NCBI GenBank assembly: GCA_021735645.1
Contig: JAIPGP010000005.1
Coordinates: 1,908 to 65,907, forward strand
Direction of reading: 5' to 3'
Source: Candidatus Cloacimonadota bacterium
GTDB taxonomy: Bacteria > Cloacimonadota > Cloacimonadia > Cloacimonadales > TCS61
Length of the DNA stretch: 64,000 nt
The position numbers were made by a program, and so were the translations under genes. Below, piece after piece: positions 39,130 through 47,599 of the stretch. How positions within the stretch are numbered: the stretch's first letter is position 1; every line of letters begins with the position of its first letter. The notes under the pieces are model-generated. The model ran no database searches. It was not told where the DNA came from and saw nothing but the letters and a program-made list of their open reading frames with translations.

Positions 39130-40109
39130 TTCTTGTTTCCCTTAAAATCTAAATAAATAACTTCCCGATCTACTTCCAGATCCAGGGCACTCTGCATTGC
39201 CGTTAAGGCTATTTCTATCTGATCATTGCTCGGTGGCTGGGTGGTTATTCGCTGTAATGCCATACCCGGGGCTGTCATCAGCTTCACCAGCGGATGGTCG
39301 ATCTTTTTGCCTGAAAGCTTCAGTACTTCATAAGATATTCCCGATACGAAAGGTATCAGTAATAAATGATAACCCAGCCGGAATATTATGGGTGGTATAC
39401 TACCCAGAATATGACCCACTATCGTATCTATCAGCGAAAATACGAGAATAGAGATCAAAAGCACAAAAAACATGAAACTGGTTCCGCAGCGGGGATGCAG
39501 TGTGCTGTGATACTGGATATGGGCAGGGTCAAGCTCTGTGCCTTTCTCATAAGCATAAACTGTCTTATGCTCAGCTCCATGATATTCAAAAAGACGGTGA
39601 ACGTCTTTCATCCGGCTGATCACCCAGACATAAACTACAAAAAAGATGATCCTGATCCCCCCAGCAAATAAATTGAACCACAGATTCTCTTTACCCAAAC
39701 CTAACCAGTCAGCTATCTGATACGGCAAAAATCCAAAAAGTACAAATGCCAGTCCAAAGGCTATCACATACATCAAAAAGCTTTCACGCTTTTCTGCTGC
39801 TGCACTCTTTTCCTTGATCGTCTTACCTTTGGCTTCTTCATCTGCTTTCCAGTCCAGACTGGCACGCTCTTCCGAAAAACTCAAACTGCTGAACCCGATG
39901 CCCATCATCTCGATCAGGGACACGAATCCCCGCACGATTGGCAAACCCAGAAATTTATTCGCTTTTGTCTTGCTGATAAATTCTTTTTTCCAGATTTCTA
40001 TCTCACCGTTCGCTCGCCGTACCGCTGTAGAAATATGAGAAGGACCTCGCATCATCACACCTTCGATTACTGCTTGTCCGCCTACCTGTATAGCTTTCTT
40101 GTCTCCCAA
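39126..40109 (-). CDS. DUF1385 (YqhQ-like) membrane protein
   Basis: [16 protein letters not shown]-terminus and conserved HGAEHK. It occupies the common position between rpmE and prfA, with a 4-nt overlap with prfA. Confidence 0.8.
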   Translation of the reverse strand: MGDKKAIQVGGQAVIEGVMMRGPSHISTAVRRANGEIEIWKKEFISKTKANKFLGLPIVRGFVSLIEMMGIGFSSLSFSEERASLDWKADEEAKGKTIKEKSAAAEKRESFLMYVIAFGLAFVLFGFLPYQIADWLGLGKENLWFNLFAGGIRIIFFVVYVWVISRMKDVHRLFEYHGAEHKTVYAYEKGTELDPAHIQYHSTLHPRCGTSFMFFVLLISILVFSLIDTIVGHILGSIPPIIFRLGYHLLLIPFVSGISYEVLKLSGKKIDHPLVKLMTAPGMALQRITTQPPSNDQIEIALTAMQSALDLEVDREVIYLDFKGNKK

Positions 40110-40186
40110 AATTGTCCCCTTTCAGAAAAAAAATGCACCACAATTTCCCGAAGGAACAGTGTGGTGCCTATTTCTGTTTATCTGCT

Positions 40187-40435
40187 CTAATTTTCGTTAG
40201 TTGTCTCGTCTTCTTCTACTACTTCTTCTTCTTCTTCTTCCACTTTGTATTTCTTATTAAAACGCTCGATCCGACCTGCTTTCTGTACTGATCGCTGCTT
40301 GCCAGTATAGAAAGGATGGCATTTCTCACAAATCTGGACGTCAAGCTTATCTGACGTTGACTTCGTCTCAAATGTGTTACCACAAACACATCTCACGGTC
40401 ACTGTTTCATACTTCGGATGAATTTTATCTTTCAT
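40187..40435 (-). CDS. rpmE: 50S ribosomal protein L31 with an acidic C-terminal extension
   Basis: MKDKIHPKY...CVCGN...[12 protein letters not shown]. The internal ATG at 40435 gives the canonical start. The tail is [17 protein letters not shown]. Confidence 0.9.
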   Translation of the reverse strand: MKDKIHPKYETVTVRCVCGNTFETKSTSDKLDVQICEKCHPFYTGKQRSVQKAGRIERFNKKYKVEEEEEEVVEEDETTNEN

Positions 40436-40583
40436 TGAGAACTCCTTTCTCGCTATATTCTTATCCAAATAACACTTTTTTTATCTTGCTCTCTTAATGT
40501 CAACTATTTTCCCAATAAATCTGATTTTGACAGATCATGACAGTTCAATTTTCTTAATATTCTCACTGCTCTACCATCAAAGG

Positions 40584-40628
40584 GTCTTATAGGTCTTATA
40601 GGGCTTATAGGGCTTATAGGGCTTATAG
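40584..40628. repeat. Five tandem 9-bp units (GKCTTATAG)
   Basis: GGTCTTATAG GTCTTATAG GGCTTATAG GGCTTATAG GGCTTATAG. Confidence 0.9.
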
Positions 40629-40775
40629 ATAATCAAAATAACGTCATTTAATCTGTAAAGAAGATTTTCGGCGAAGTGATTGAGGTAAATTCTGGCATCC
40701 CCCTGTTTTTTTTAGCAATTCATTATCTAATTGTCTGATATTATTGAGATTAAACACAATAATTTATATCTATCT

Positions 40776-40992
40776 AACCATTCTCATTAACACCAGATTT
40801 CAATCTGGTGCCCCTGATTAGAAGAAGTTCGCTAGTGGTTTCAACCACTTCATAAAATAGTGAATGCTCCAATTTGTCAACAATTATAATATTCCATAAT
40901 CACATATATTTATATAAGAAGTCACTGAAGTGACTACACTTCGTTCGTATATTTATACCACCAACTAAAGTTGGTGGTTAATGAGAATGGTT
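40776..40992. repeat. 217-bp element bounded by a perfect 16-bp inverted repeat and containing four hairpins (MITE-like element or structured RNA candidate)
   Basis: AACCATTCTCATTAAC (40776-40791) matches GTTAATGAGAATGGTT (40977-40992). Internal hairpins: CACCAGAT-ttca-ATCTGGTG (40791-40810), AGTGGTT-tc-AACCACT (40834-40849), AGTCAC-tgaa-GTGACT (40920-40935) and ACCACCAAC-taaa-GTTGGTGGT (40957-40978). Confidence 0.7.
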
Positions 40993-41057
40993 TTCAGATT
41001 AAATTAGAGATTACATATCGATGATAAATTTCGGGGGGATACCAGATTAAGCTAAAT

Positions 41058-44000
41058 TTGATTGACATGAAAATGAGTAAGGTTAAAAGACGAAATAAGG
41101 AAGGAAATGAAATGTTAAAAGATATAAATGAAAAATCAACAGCTTTGGAAAGTAATTTACGGGAGACAAACCGGGGCAGCAAAATTATTCCGGAAAAATA
41201 TCAGTGGCTGTTGTCTCAGTCAATTGGTAAAAAGGGTATAAATGAGCGTTGTAAGACTCTATTAGATGAGTATAATCATCCTTTTTCTAACCATAAAGTA
41301 GCAACAGAAGATCTGGTGCAGGTTGCTTTAAGTGATTTATGGTATTATGATCAGCTGCCTGAACGCCGGAGGATATATGAGTTGATATTAGGAATATTTT
41401 CTGATTTATTGCAGCGTTATATAGAAGTAGATATTCAAGACCGTCTGATTCAGACCCTGATTCGGTTTATTAGTAAGCTTGCTGAGCAGGATAACTATGA
41501 TCTGGTATCAATCCAGTCAGGTCTGGAGCTGATAAAAAACATCTATCGCAGTGATTCTATACTACTGGAGCGTAACAGCACTTATATCAAGAATAATTTC
41601 AAGGTTGTATATGAGATTCCGGAAATGAGAGAGGTTTGTCTGGATTATTGCCGTAAGTTATTAAGCGGAGTTTATTCACGCTGGCATGATTTACCGCAAT
41701 TAGAGGAATGGTATAAGGAAAAACAAGCACTTTTTGGAGAAGATTATCAGTCATTGATCCATGAGACGGGCAGGGAATTTATCGAATCTGAGCGAAAACG
41801 TCTGATGTCCATCAAGAATTGGGACGATGTCAGAGGAATGTCATTTTATGGTGATCTGGCTCAGAAATACCGGAGCCTGATTAGCCGCTTTGCGACCAGT
41901 CAGGAAAAGATTTATTATATTCTCTATTTATTTAAACTGGATGACATGTATCAGATGAGAAAGAGTTTATTGCTGGACTTGAACCGAACAATGCGTCGAG
42001 TGGGTGAAGAAATAGAATTAGAAGAGATGCAGAAATTTATGCAGGAAATATTTGGCTTGTTTGCAGAGCTAAAGGATAATTACCGCGAGACGGTTCTGGA
42101 CAGCATTTTATCATTGGGCAAGACGATAATAAGCTATGGCAATAAAGATTTACGACATTTATTCATAGATTTAGTGATCGGGCTGGGATTTGTCTCGCCA
42201 CGTGATGTAAAGATAGATAACGAGTGGCAGGTAGTGATAGACAGCAATCACATCAAGAATATCAGGGTATGGCTGCAGCTTGTGGAGCTGGACCCGATCG
42301 GGATGAACCGCTTGCTAAGTGCGCTTATTATAAATTTACGCGTAGGCGGTATATTTGTCTCTGATACGGATTTATTCCAAAAAGATATATCAAGGTTTCT
42401 GAGAGGAAATATTCAGCCTATCTTTAAACAAGTAAAGCAATTAGCCAGATTATTCCCTATTTATTATAATAAAATTGGGGCAGAAGGCGAATTACGGGAA
42501 TTGACAACAGCTATTGATGAGATGGGTCGCAGGCAGGACCGGCTGCTGCATTTTTTCCGCAAACAGGTTCACACTGAGAGCAATAATACTAACGTGGATC
42601 TGGCAAGGGATATACTGGAATACTGGGAGGGTGGTTATAGTGCGAAGGCGAAAACAACTCTACCAGATGATGTAAGAAAATTTATGAATACTGAAAATGA
42701 ATTTTATATTTTTAATCATCAGCTGGTGAAATTGTTGTGCGGGGAATATAAGTGCACGGTAATGGGTCTGGCAGAGCTGGATAGAAAAATCCTGGAGCGG
42801 TCCATAGATGAGAAACAGGAAATACCGGAGGTATACCGCCGGAAAGTGATGTATTTGATTCGGATTTATAATATTCTGCAGGAAAAGTATAGTTTTGGGA
42901 TAACAGATTTGGATAGTACCTTGCGGAAAAGCGGATTATGCGAAGAAAAGGATATCAAGTTATTGCTGGAATCATGGAAAGGTAAAAAATGGGCAGAGGC
43001 ATTGGAGAGTTTATTTGCGATCATGAAGAAGCTTGTGAAAGTAATATTTTCTTCAGAGCCTACAGAGGTGCGGGAAGACATCTATTATAAGCGTCATGTT
43101 GCTGCAGGGATACCTTCGATGTATGGCGAATACCGAGAGGCAAGGTTTGATGCCTTGGGCTTGATTTTCCGGCTGGAACAATTGGGTAAAGTGCTTTTGG
43201 AGAAAATTGAGAACAGAATAGACCTGATCTATTTCACCCATAAAACTCTGGAGCGGATTTATAGATTATTAAGGTTATATGAGACCGGATTGGAGATGGA
43301 TGGCATCAGTAATCCGGGATTCAGTTCCAATCTTGAGATGTTTCGCTATAGTCTGGAATCCAGCTTCACTTTGGATCAGTACCAGAACATTTTTCAGTTT
43401 CTGGCAGAGAATGCAAAGGAAATAGTGAAGGAATATTTTTACCGGATATATGAGCAGCCTTTGATGAAGATCACTGTGCAATATTTAGCAGAAGGCGGGA
43501 TAGAAGAGCGAATGCAGCAATCAGACCGCCTGTCGGAAAAATTTTACCGGGATGTTTTAACCTCGGCTTTTATTATCCAGAAGCTGGATAATTTTATCAT
43601 GACGCTCTTGAAATCTAACCGTGATATTGTCCAAAAATATGAAAAACAACACTTGATTATGCTCTTAAATTATGAGCCAGACCAGATAATGAGTCCGCTT
43701 TATTTATCTACTCCCGAGGTGGACAATCCGATATTTCTGGGTTCAAAGGCATATTTCTTGAAAGTAATGCTGGAAAAGGGATTTCCCATTCCACCAGGAT
43801 TTGTGCTTTCTACAGAGCTGTTCCGGCACCGTCCACTGGTTCTGCTTGAGGGTGCCTTTCGCACAGATATCTTGAATAAGATACGTAAGCAGGTGAAAAG
43901 ATTGCAGAGCCTGGCAGGCAGAAAGTTTGGTGACCCGGCAAATCCGATGTTACTAAGTGTGCGTTCCGGTACAGCGATTTCGATGCCGGGAGCGATGAAT

Positions 44001-45212
44001 ACTTTTTTAAATGTGGGAATGAATGATGAAATTGCTGAAGAGATGAGTAAGCAGAAAGGTATGGGCTGGACTGCCTGGGATTCTTACCGGCGTTTATTGC
44101 AGAGCTGGGGAATGGCGCAAAAAATTGAGCGGGATAAATTTGATGAGATCATTCAGGGTTATAAAACGGAGTTTGGGATTGCGATGAAGCAGAACCTGAG
44201 CACTGAGCAGATGAAACGGATTGCCCTGGCATATAAGAAAAAGATTCTGGATTGCGGAAAAGAATTTATCGATGATCCTTTTGAGCAGCTGTTTAAGGCT
44301 ATTGGATATGTGCTGGACAGCTGGGGCTCAGATCGCGCTTTGGTATATCGGGAGCAAATGCAGATAGCACATGAATGGGGAACTGCTGTTGTAGTTCAAC
44401 AAATGGTGATGGGTAATATGAGCGAGAATTCGGGGACTGGTGTCCTTTTTACCCATGACCCGGCAAGTAATGAACCAGGCTTAAAGCTCTATGGTGAATA
44501 CACTGTGTGCAGTCAGGGAGAAGATGTAGTTGCCGGACTGGTGAATGTGAAACCCTTAACCCGCCAGCAAGGTAAAGTCTTAAGCGATAATGGCAATGAC
44601 AGCCTGGAAGCAAAACTGCCGCTGATTTTTAATCGCTTAAATGAACTGGCAGCAAAAATGATCTATGACCATGGTTTCAGCCACCAGGAAATAGAATTTA
44701 CTTTTGAGTCTGAGAATCCGGAAGATTTATATATCCTGCAGACCCGGAATCAGGACATTCAAACTAAGCGGGACTTCAAGATATTTTCTGCCAAGCGGGA
44801 AGAAATGGTATTTGCCGGTAGCGGCATAGGCATAGGTGGCGGAGCATTGAACGGGATTTTAGCCTTTAATGAAGATGATTTGCATACTTACCGTCAGCAG
44901 TATCCGGATATGGCAATGATCTTAGTCCGCCCCGATACGGTTCCAGATGATATCGGCATGATCTTTAAATGTGATGGCTTGATCACGGGTAGAGGTGGAG
45001 CAACCTCTCATGCAGCTGTAACAGCAGTGAGGCTGGGTATAGTGTGTATAGTAAATTGCCGGCAACTGGTTGTTGATGAAGAGAAAAAATGTTGTCAAAT
45101 CCTTGATAAAAAACTGTTTAGCGGAGATAAAGTGGCGATTGATGGTCATTTTGGGAATATCTATATCGGTAATTATGATGTGCAAACGGAAAGGATGTCT
45201 TATCAGGGATAG
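41058..45212 (+). CDS. 1384-aa protein: ~870-aa unrecognised N-terminal region fused to a PPDK-type ATP-grasp nucleotide-binding domain and swivel phosphohistidine domain; no PEP/pyruvate TIM barrel
   Basis: The C-terminal ~510 aa are colinear with PPDK: FGDPANPMLLSVRSGTAISMPGAMNTFLNVGMND, YRRLLQSWG, GTAVVVQQMVMGN, SGTGVLFTHDP, QGEDVVAGL, QEIEFTFE..LYILQTRN, ILVRPDTVPDDIGMI, GLITGRGGATSHAAVTAVRLG. The start is uncertain: TTG at 41058, or ATG at 41112, which follows AGGAAGGA. Confidence 0.8.
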   Translation: MIDMKMSKVKRRNKEGNEMLKDINEKSTALESNLRETNRGSKIIPEKYQWLLSQSIGKKGINERCKTLLDEYNHPFSNHKVATEDLVQVALSDLWYYDQLPERRRIYELILGIFSDLLQRYIEVDIQDRLIQTLIRFISKLAEQDNYDLVSIQSGLELIKNIYRSDSILLERNSTYIKNNFKVVYEIPEMREVCLDYCRKLLSGVYSRWHDLPQLEEWYKEKQALFGEDYQSLIHETGREFIESERKRLMSIKNWDDVRGMSFYGDLAQKYRSLISRFATSQEKIYYILYLFKLDDMYQMRKSLLLDLNRTMRRVGEEIELEEMQKFMQEIFGLFAELKDNYRETVLDSILSLGKTIISYGNKDLRHLFIDLVIGLGFVSPRDVKIDNEWQVVIDSNHIKNIRVWLQLVELDPIGMNRLLSALIINLRVGGIFVSDTDLFQKDISRFLRGNIQPIFKQVKQLARLFPIYYNKIGAEGELRELTTAIDEMGRRQDRLLHFFRKQVHTESNNTNVDLARDILEYWEGGYSAKAKTTLPDDVRKFMNTENEFYIFNHQLVKLLCGEYKCTVMGLAELDRKILERSIDEKQEIPEVYRRKVMYLIRIYNILQEKYSFGITDLDSTLRKSGLCEEKDIKLLLESWKGKKWAEALESLFAIMKKLVKVIFSSEPTEVREDIYYKRHVAAGIPSMYGEYREARFDALGLIFRLEQLGKVLLEKIENRIDLIYFTHKTLERIYRLLRLYETGLEMDGISNPGFSSNLEMFRYSLESSFTLDQYQNIFQFLAENAKEIVKEYFYRIYEQPLMKITVQYLAEGGIEERMQQSDRLSEKFYRDVLTSAFIIQKLDNFIMTLLKSNRDIVQKYEKQHLIMLLNYEPDQIMSPLYLSTPEVDNPIFLGSKAYFLKVMLEKGFPIPPGFVLSTELFRHRPLVLLEGAFRTDILNKIRKQVKRLQSLAGRKFGDPANPMLLSVRSGTAISMPGAMNTFLNVGMNDEIAEEMSKQKGMGWTAWDSYRRLLQSWGMAQKIERDKFDEIIQGYKTEFGIAMKQNLSTEQMKRIALAYKKKILDCGKEFIDDPFEQLFKAIGYVLDSWGSDRALVYREQMQIAHEWGTAVVVQQMVMGNMSENSGTGVLFTHDPASNEPGLKLYGEYTVCSQGEDVVAGLVNVKPLTRQQGKVLSDNGNDSLEAKLPLIFNRLNELAAKMIYDHGFSHQEIEFTFESENPEDLYILQTRNQDIQTKRDFKIFSAKREEMVFAGSGIGIGGGALNGILAFNEDDLHTYRQQYPDMAMILVRPDTVPDDIGMIFKCDGLITGRGGATSHAAVTAVRLGIVCIVNCRQLVVDEEKKCCQILDKKLFSGDKVAIDGHFGNIYIGNYDVQTERMSYQG

Positions 45213-45287
45213 AATATTCATTGACAGAAAAAGTATGGTATTATAATTAATAGGTAATAAAAATCGAATACATTAAGGAGAATTCTA

Positions 45288-46520
45288 ATGGGAAATATCT
45301 TAGGTATCAATGGTTTAGGTAGAATAGGTAAACTTACCCTCTGGAATCATATTGCCTTAGACCATTTTGATGGATATGTGATCAATGTGGGCAGAGAAAT
45401 AGGTAATAGCCTGGATGATTTTATCAGGACAATAGAATCCGATTCCACTTATGGTCACATAGACCGTTTTTTATATGGTGCATCAGGTAAAAAAGCTCAG
45501 ATCGAAATTATCAATGAAAAACAGGGACTACTGAAAATCAATGGCAAAAAAGTCTGGGTGCTGCGTAAAGAACGTAATCCATTGAATTTGCCCTGGAATG
45601 AGATGGGCGTCCGATTAGTAGTGGATTGCACGGGAGTGTTTCTTGACCCTACCGTGCCAGTGGATAATCCCAGGGGCAGCGTGCGGGGGCATCTGGAAGC
45701 CGGAGCGGAAAAAGTATTATGTTCGGCTCCTTTCAAGATCAAAGACAAAGCTCTCAGCATGCCGGAAGATAGTAAACTATTTGTCTATGGTGTCAATCAT
45801 CATGATTATAACCCCAGCCAGCATAATATTCTTTCAGCAGCCAGTTGCACAACTACCGGGCTGGCTCACATGATGATGCCGCTGCTGGAAAATGAGGCAG
45901 CATCTAAAATAGTGACAGCTTCCATGTCCACAATTCATGCCTCCACCAGTACGCAAAGCATCCTGGACAGCGTTCCTAAAGCCGGAGCAAAAGACTTGAG
46001 AAAAAACCGCTCTATTATGAATAATATAATTCTTACTTCTACCGGAGCAGCTAAGGCTCTGGAACAGATACTGCCACAAATCAAAGATATCGGGTTCATG
46101 GCAGACAGCGTTCGCATACCTACTAATACAGTATCAATGATCAGCTTGAATATCACTTTCCATGAGCAAATGAATGAAAAATTAGAGCCTGTGATCAATG
46201 GTGAATTTCTGAATAATATCTACCGCGCTGCTGAAAAAAATAAACAAAAAGGACTGCTGGTCTTCAGCGAAAGACAAAATGTTTCCAGCGATCTGATCGG
46301 GATACGGGCAGCAGTAGTGATTGAGGGTAACGATACTCATACCAGGACGGGATTCTTGAAGCTGAATAGTGTCATGCTGCAAGAACTGGGACTTAATGCC
46401 AAAGACAATATCTCACTGCCGGTTACCCATGCCAAAATTTTTGGCTGGTATGATAATGAGTTTGGCAGCTATGTGAATATGCTGGGTAAATTAACCTTGC
46501 ATGTTGATGAAAACTTATAG
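45288..46520 (+). CDS. Divergent, long (410 aa) glyceraldehyde-3-phosphate dehydrogenase family protein
   Basis: INGLGRIGK (NAD fold), SAASCTTTGLAHMM (catalytic Cys), STIHASTSTQ (His), NIILTSTGAAKAL, RIPTNTVSM, WYDNEFGSY. It is about 75 aa longer than classical GapA. Confidence 0.75.
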   Translation: MGNILGINGLGRIGKLTLWNHIALDHFDGYVINVGREIGNSLDDFIRTIESDSTYGHIDRFLYGASGKKAQIEIINEKQGLLKINGKKVWVLRKERNPLNLPWNEMGVRLVVDCTGVFLDPTVPVDNPRGSVRGHLEAGAEKVLCSAPFKIKDKALSMPEDSKLFVYGVNHHDYNPSQHNILSAASCTTTGLAHMMMPLLENEAASKIVTASMSTIHASTSTQSILDSVPKAGAKDLRKNRSIMNNIILTSTGAAKALEQILPQIKDIGFMADSVRIPTNTVSMISLNITFHEQMNEKLEPVINGEFLNNIYRAAEKNKQKGLLVFSERQNVSSDLIGIRAAVVIEGNDTHTRTGFLKLNSVMLQELGLNAKDNISLPVTHAKIFGWYDNEFGSYVNMLGKLTLHVDENL

Positions 46521-46725
46521 CAGAATGTAGCGTAATGCAGTTAAATGTATTATATGGGAGGTAGATAAAAAAGCGGAGATAAAAAAAATTGACAGATCGG
46601 GAAGTGAGAAATTACTGACCCTAAAGTTAATAAAGGATTTTATATGGTGTTTAATTCCGCAGATAAGACGGGAATAATGATGAAGGTAGAGAGCACGATA
46701 ATTGCTCTTGAAAGCATAAATCATA

Positions 46726-46760
46726 AAGCATTCACTCTCAAGGTGGATGCTTTTTTTGTT
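46726..46760 (+). terminator. Hairpin plus T-run immediately upstream of nadC (terminator of the upstream unit, or an attenuator)
   Basis: AAGCATTCAC / GTGGATGCTT (one G-T pair) followed by TTTTTTTGTTTT. It ends 12 nt before the nadC ATG. Confidence 0.5.
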
Positions 46761-46771
46761 TTGGGGCTTGT

Positions 46772-47599
46772 ATGAATATTAGCGAATTGATTAGACTTAG
46801 TCTGGAAGAAGACATTTTTCAGGGTGACATCACCACCGAAAGCCTGAAGCTCGGTAACAAAGAGATCTCAGCGAAACTTGTTGCTAAGGCAGAAGGTGTT
46901 TTAGCCGGATTGGACGTATTCTGTGAAACTTTTTATCAGGTTGATGACCAGGTGCGGATAGACCGCTATAAAGAAGATAGTGAAAAACTGCAGAAAGGCG
47001 ATGTGATCTGCAGGATTTATGGGGCATCTGCTTCGCTTCTGAAGGCAGAGCGGGTGGCATTGAACTTTTTACAAAGAATGAGTGGTATCGCAACACTCAC
47101 TGCCGAATTAGTAGCAAAGATAGGTGACGAACGGGCAAAATTGCTTGATACCCGCAAAACAACTCCGCTATTGCGGCAGCTTGAAAAATATGCCGTTCGG
47201 GCTGGAGGTGGATTTAACCATCGGTTTGGGCTTTATGACATGCTGATGCTGAAAGAAAATCATATCTTAGCTGCCGGCTCAATCAGCCGGGCAGTAGAAC
47301 TGGTGCGGCAGACAGACAGCAGCCATAAGCTGGAAGTGGAAGTAACTAATCTTGAAGAGCTTCAGGAAGCAGTATCCTGTGGAGTAGATAGAGTTATGCT
47401 CGATAATATGAGCATATCCGAGATGGAAACAGCCGTGCTGAAATTTCACGGCAAAGTGGAGCTGGAAGCATCCGGAAATGTGAATTTATCCTCAATTTCG
47501 CAAATTGCGAAAACGGGTGTAGATTTTATCTCGAGCGGTTTAATGACCCATTCTTACAAATCAATGGATATCAGTTTGATATTTGAGGAGGGCAAATAA
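46772..47599 (+). CDS. nadC: Nicotinate-nucleotide pyrophosphorylase (carboxylating)
   Basis: ERVALNFLQRMSGIAT, LDTRKTTP, GGGFNHRFGLYD, MLKENH, MLDNM. Confidence 0.92.
   Translation: MNISELIRLSLEEDIFQGDITTESLKLGNKEISAKLVAKAEGVLAGLDVFCETFYQVDDQVRIDRYKEDSEKLQKGDVICRIYGASASLLKAERVALNFLQRMSGIATLTAELVAKIGDERAKLLDTRKTTPLLRQLEKYAVRAGGGFNHRFGLYDMLMLKENHILAAGSISRAVELVRQTDSSHKLEVEVTNLEELQEAVSCGVDRVMLDNMSISEMETAVLKFHGKVELEASGNVNLSSISQIAKTGVDFISSGLMTHSYKSMDISLIFEEGK

Noticed and set aside
40527-40536. 10-mer TTGACAGATC shared between 40527 and 46589, as a possible common promoter.
   Set aside because: I could find no acceptable -10 hexamer at 16-18 bp spacing at either site. A single 10-mer repeat in 64 kb is expected by chance.
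40584-40628. CRISPR-array interpretation of the 9-bp tandem arrays, at this locus and the three related loci.
   Set aside because: The units are directly abutting 9-mers with no spacers, they total 53 bp or less, and no cas genes are in the window.
40690-40704. Sigma-54 promoter reading of the shared TTCTGGCATCCCCCT motif (TGGCA-type -24 element).
   Set aside because: The -12 element is missing. The sequence 5 nt downstream is TGTTT or TACGC rather than TTGC(A/T). The two copies are in opposite orientations with no suitably placed genes.
40994-41182. 62-aa minus-strand ORF overlapping the start of the dikinase-like gene.
   Set aside because: It overlaps the 5' end of a 1384-aa ORF, and its low-complexity Leu/Ser/Phe-rich translation looks like an antisense artefact.
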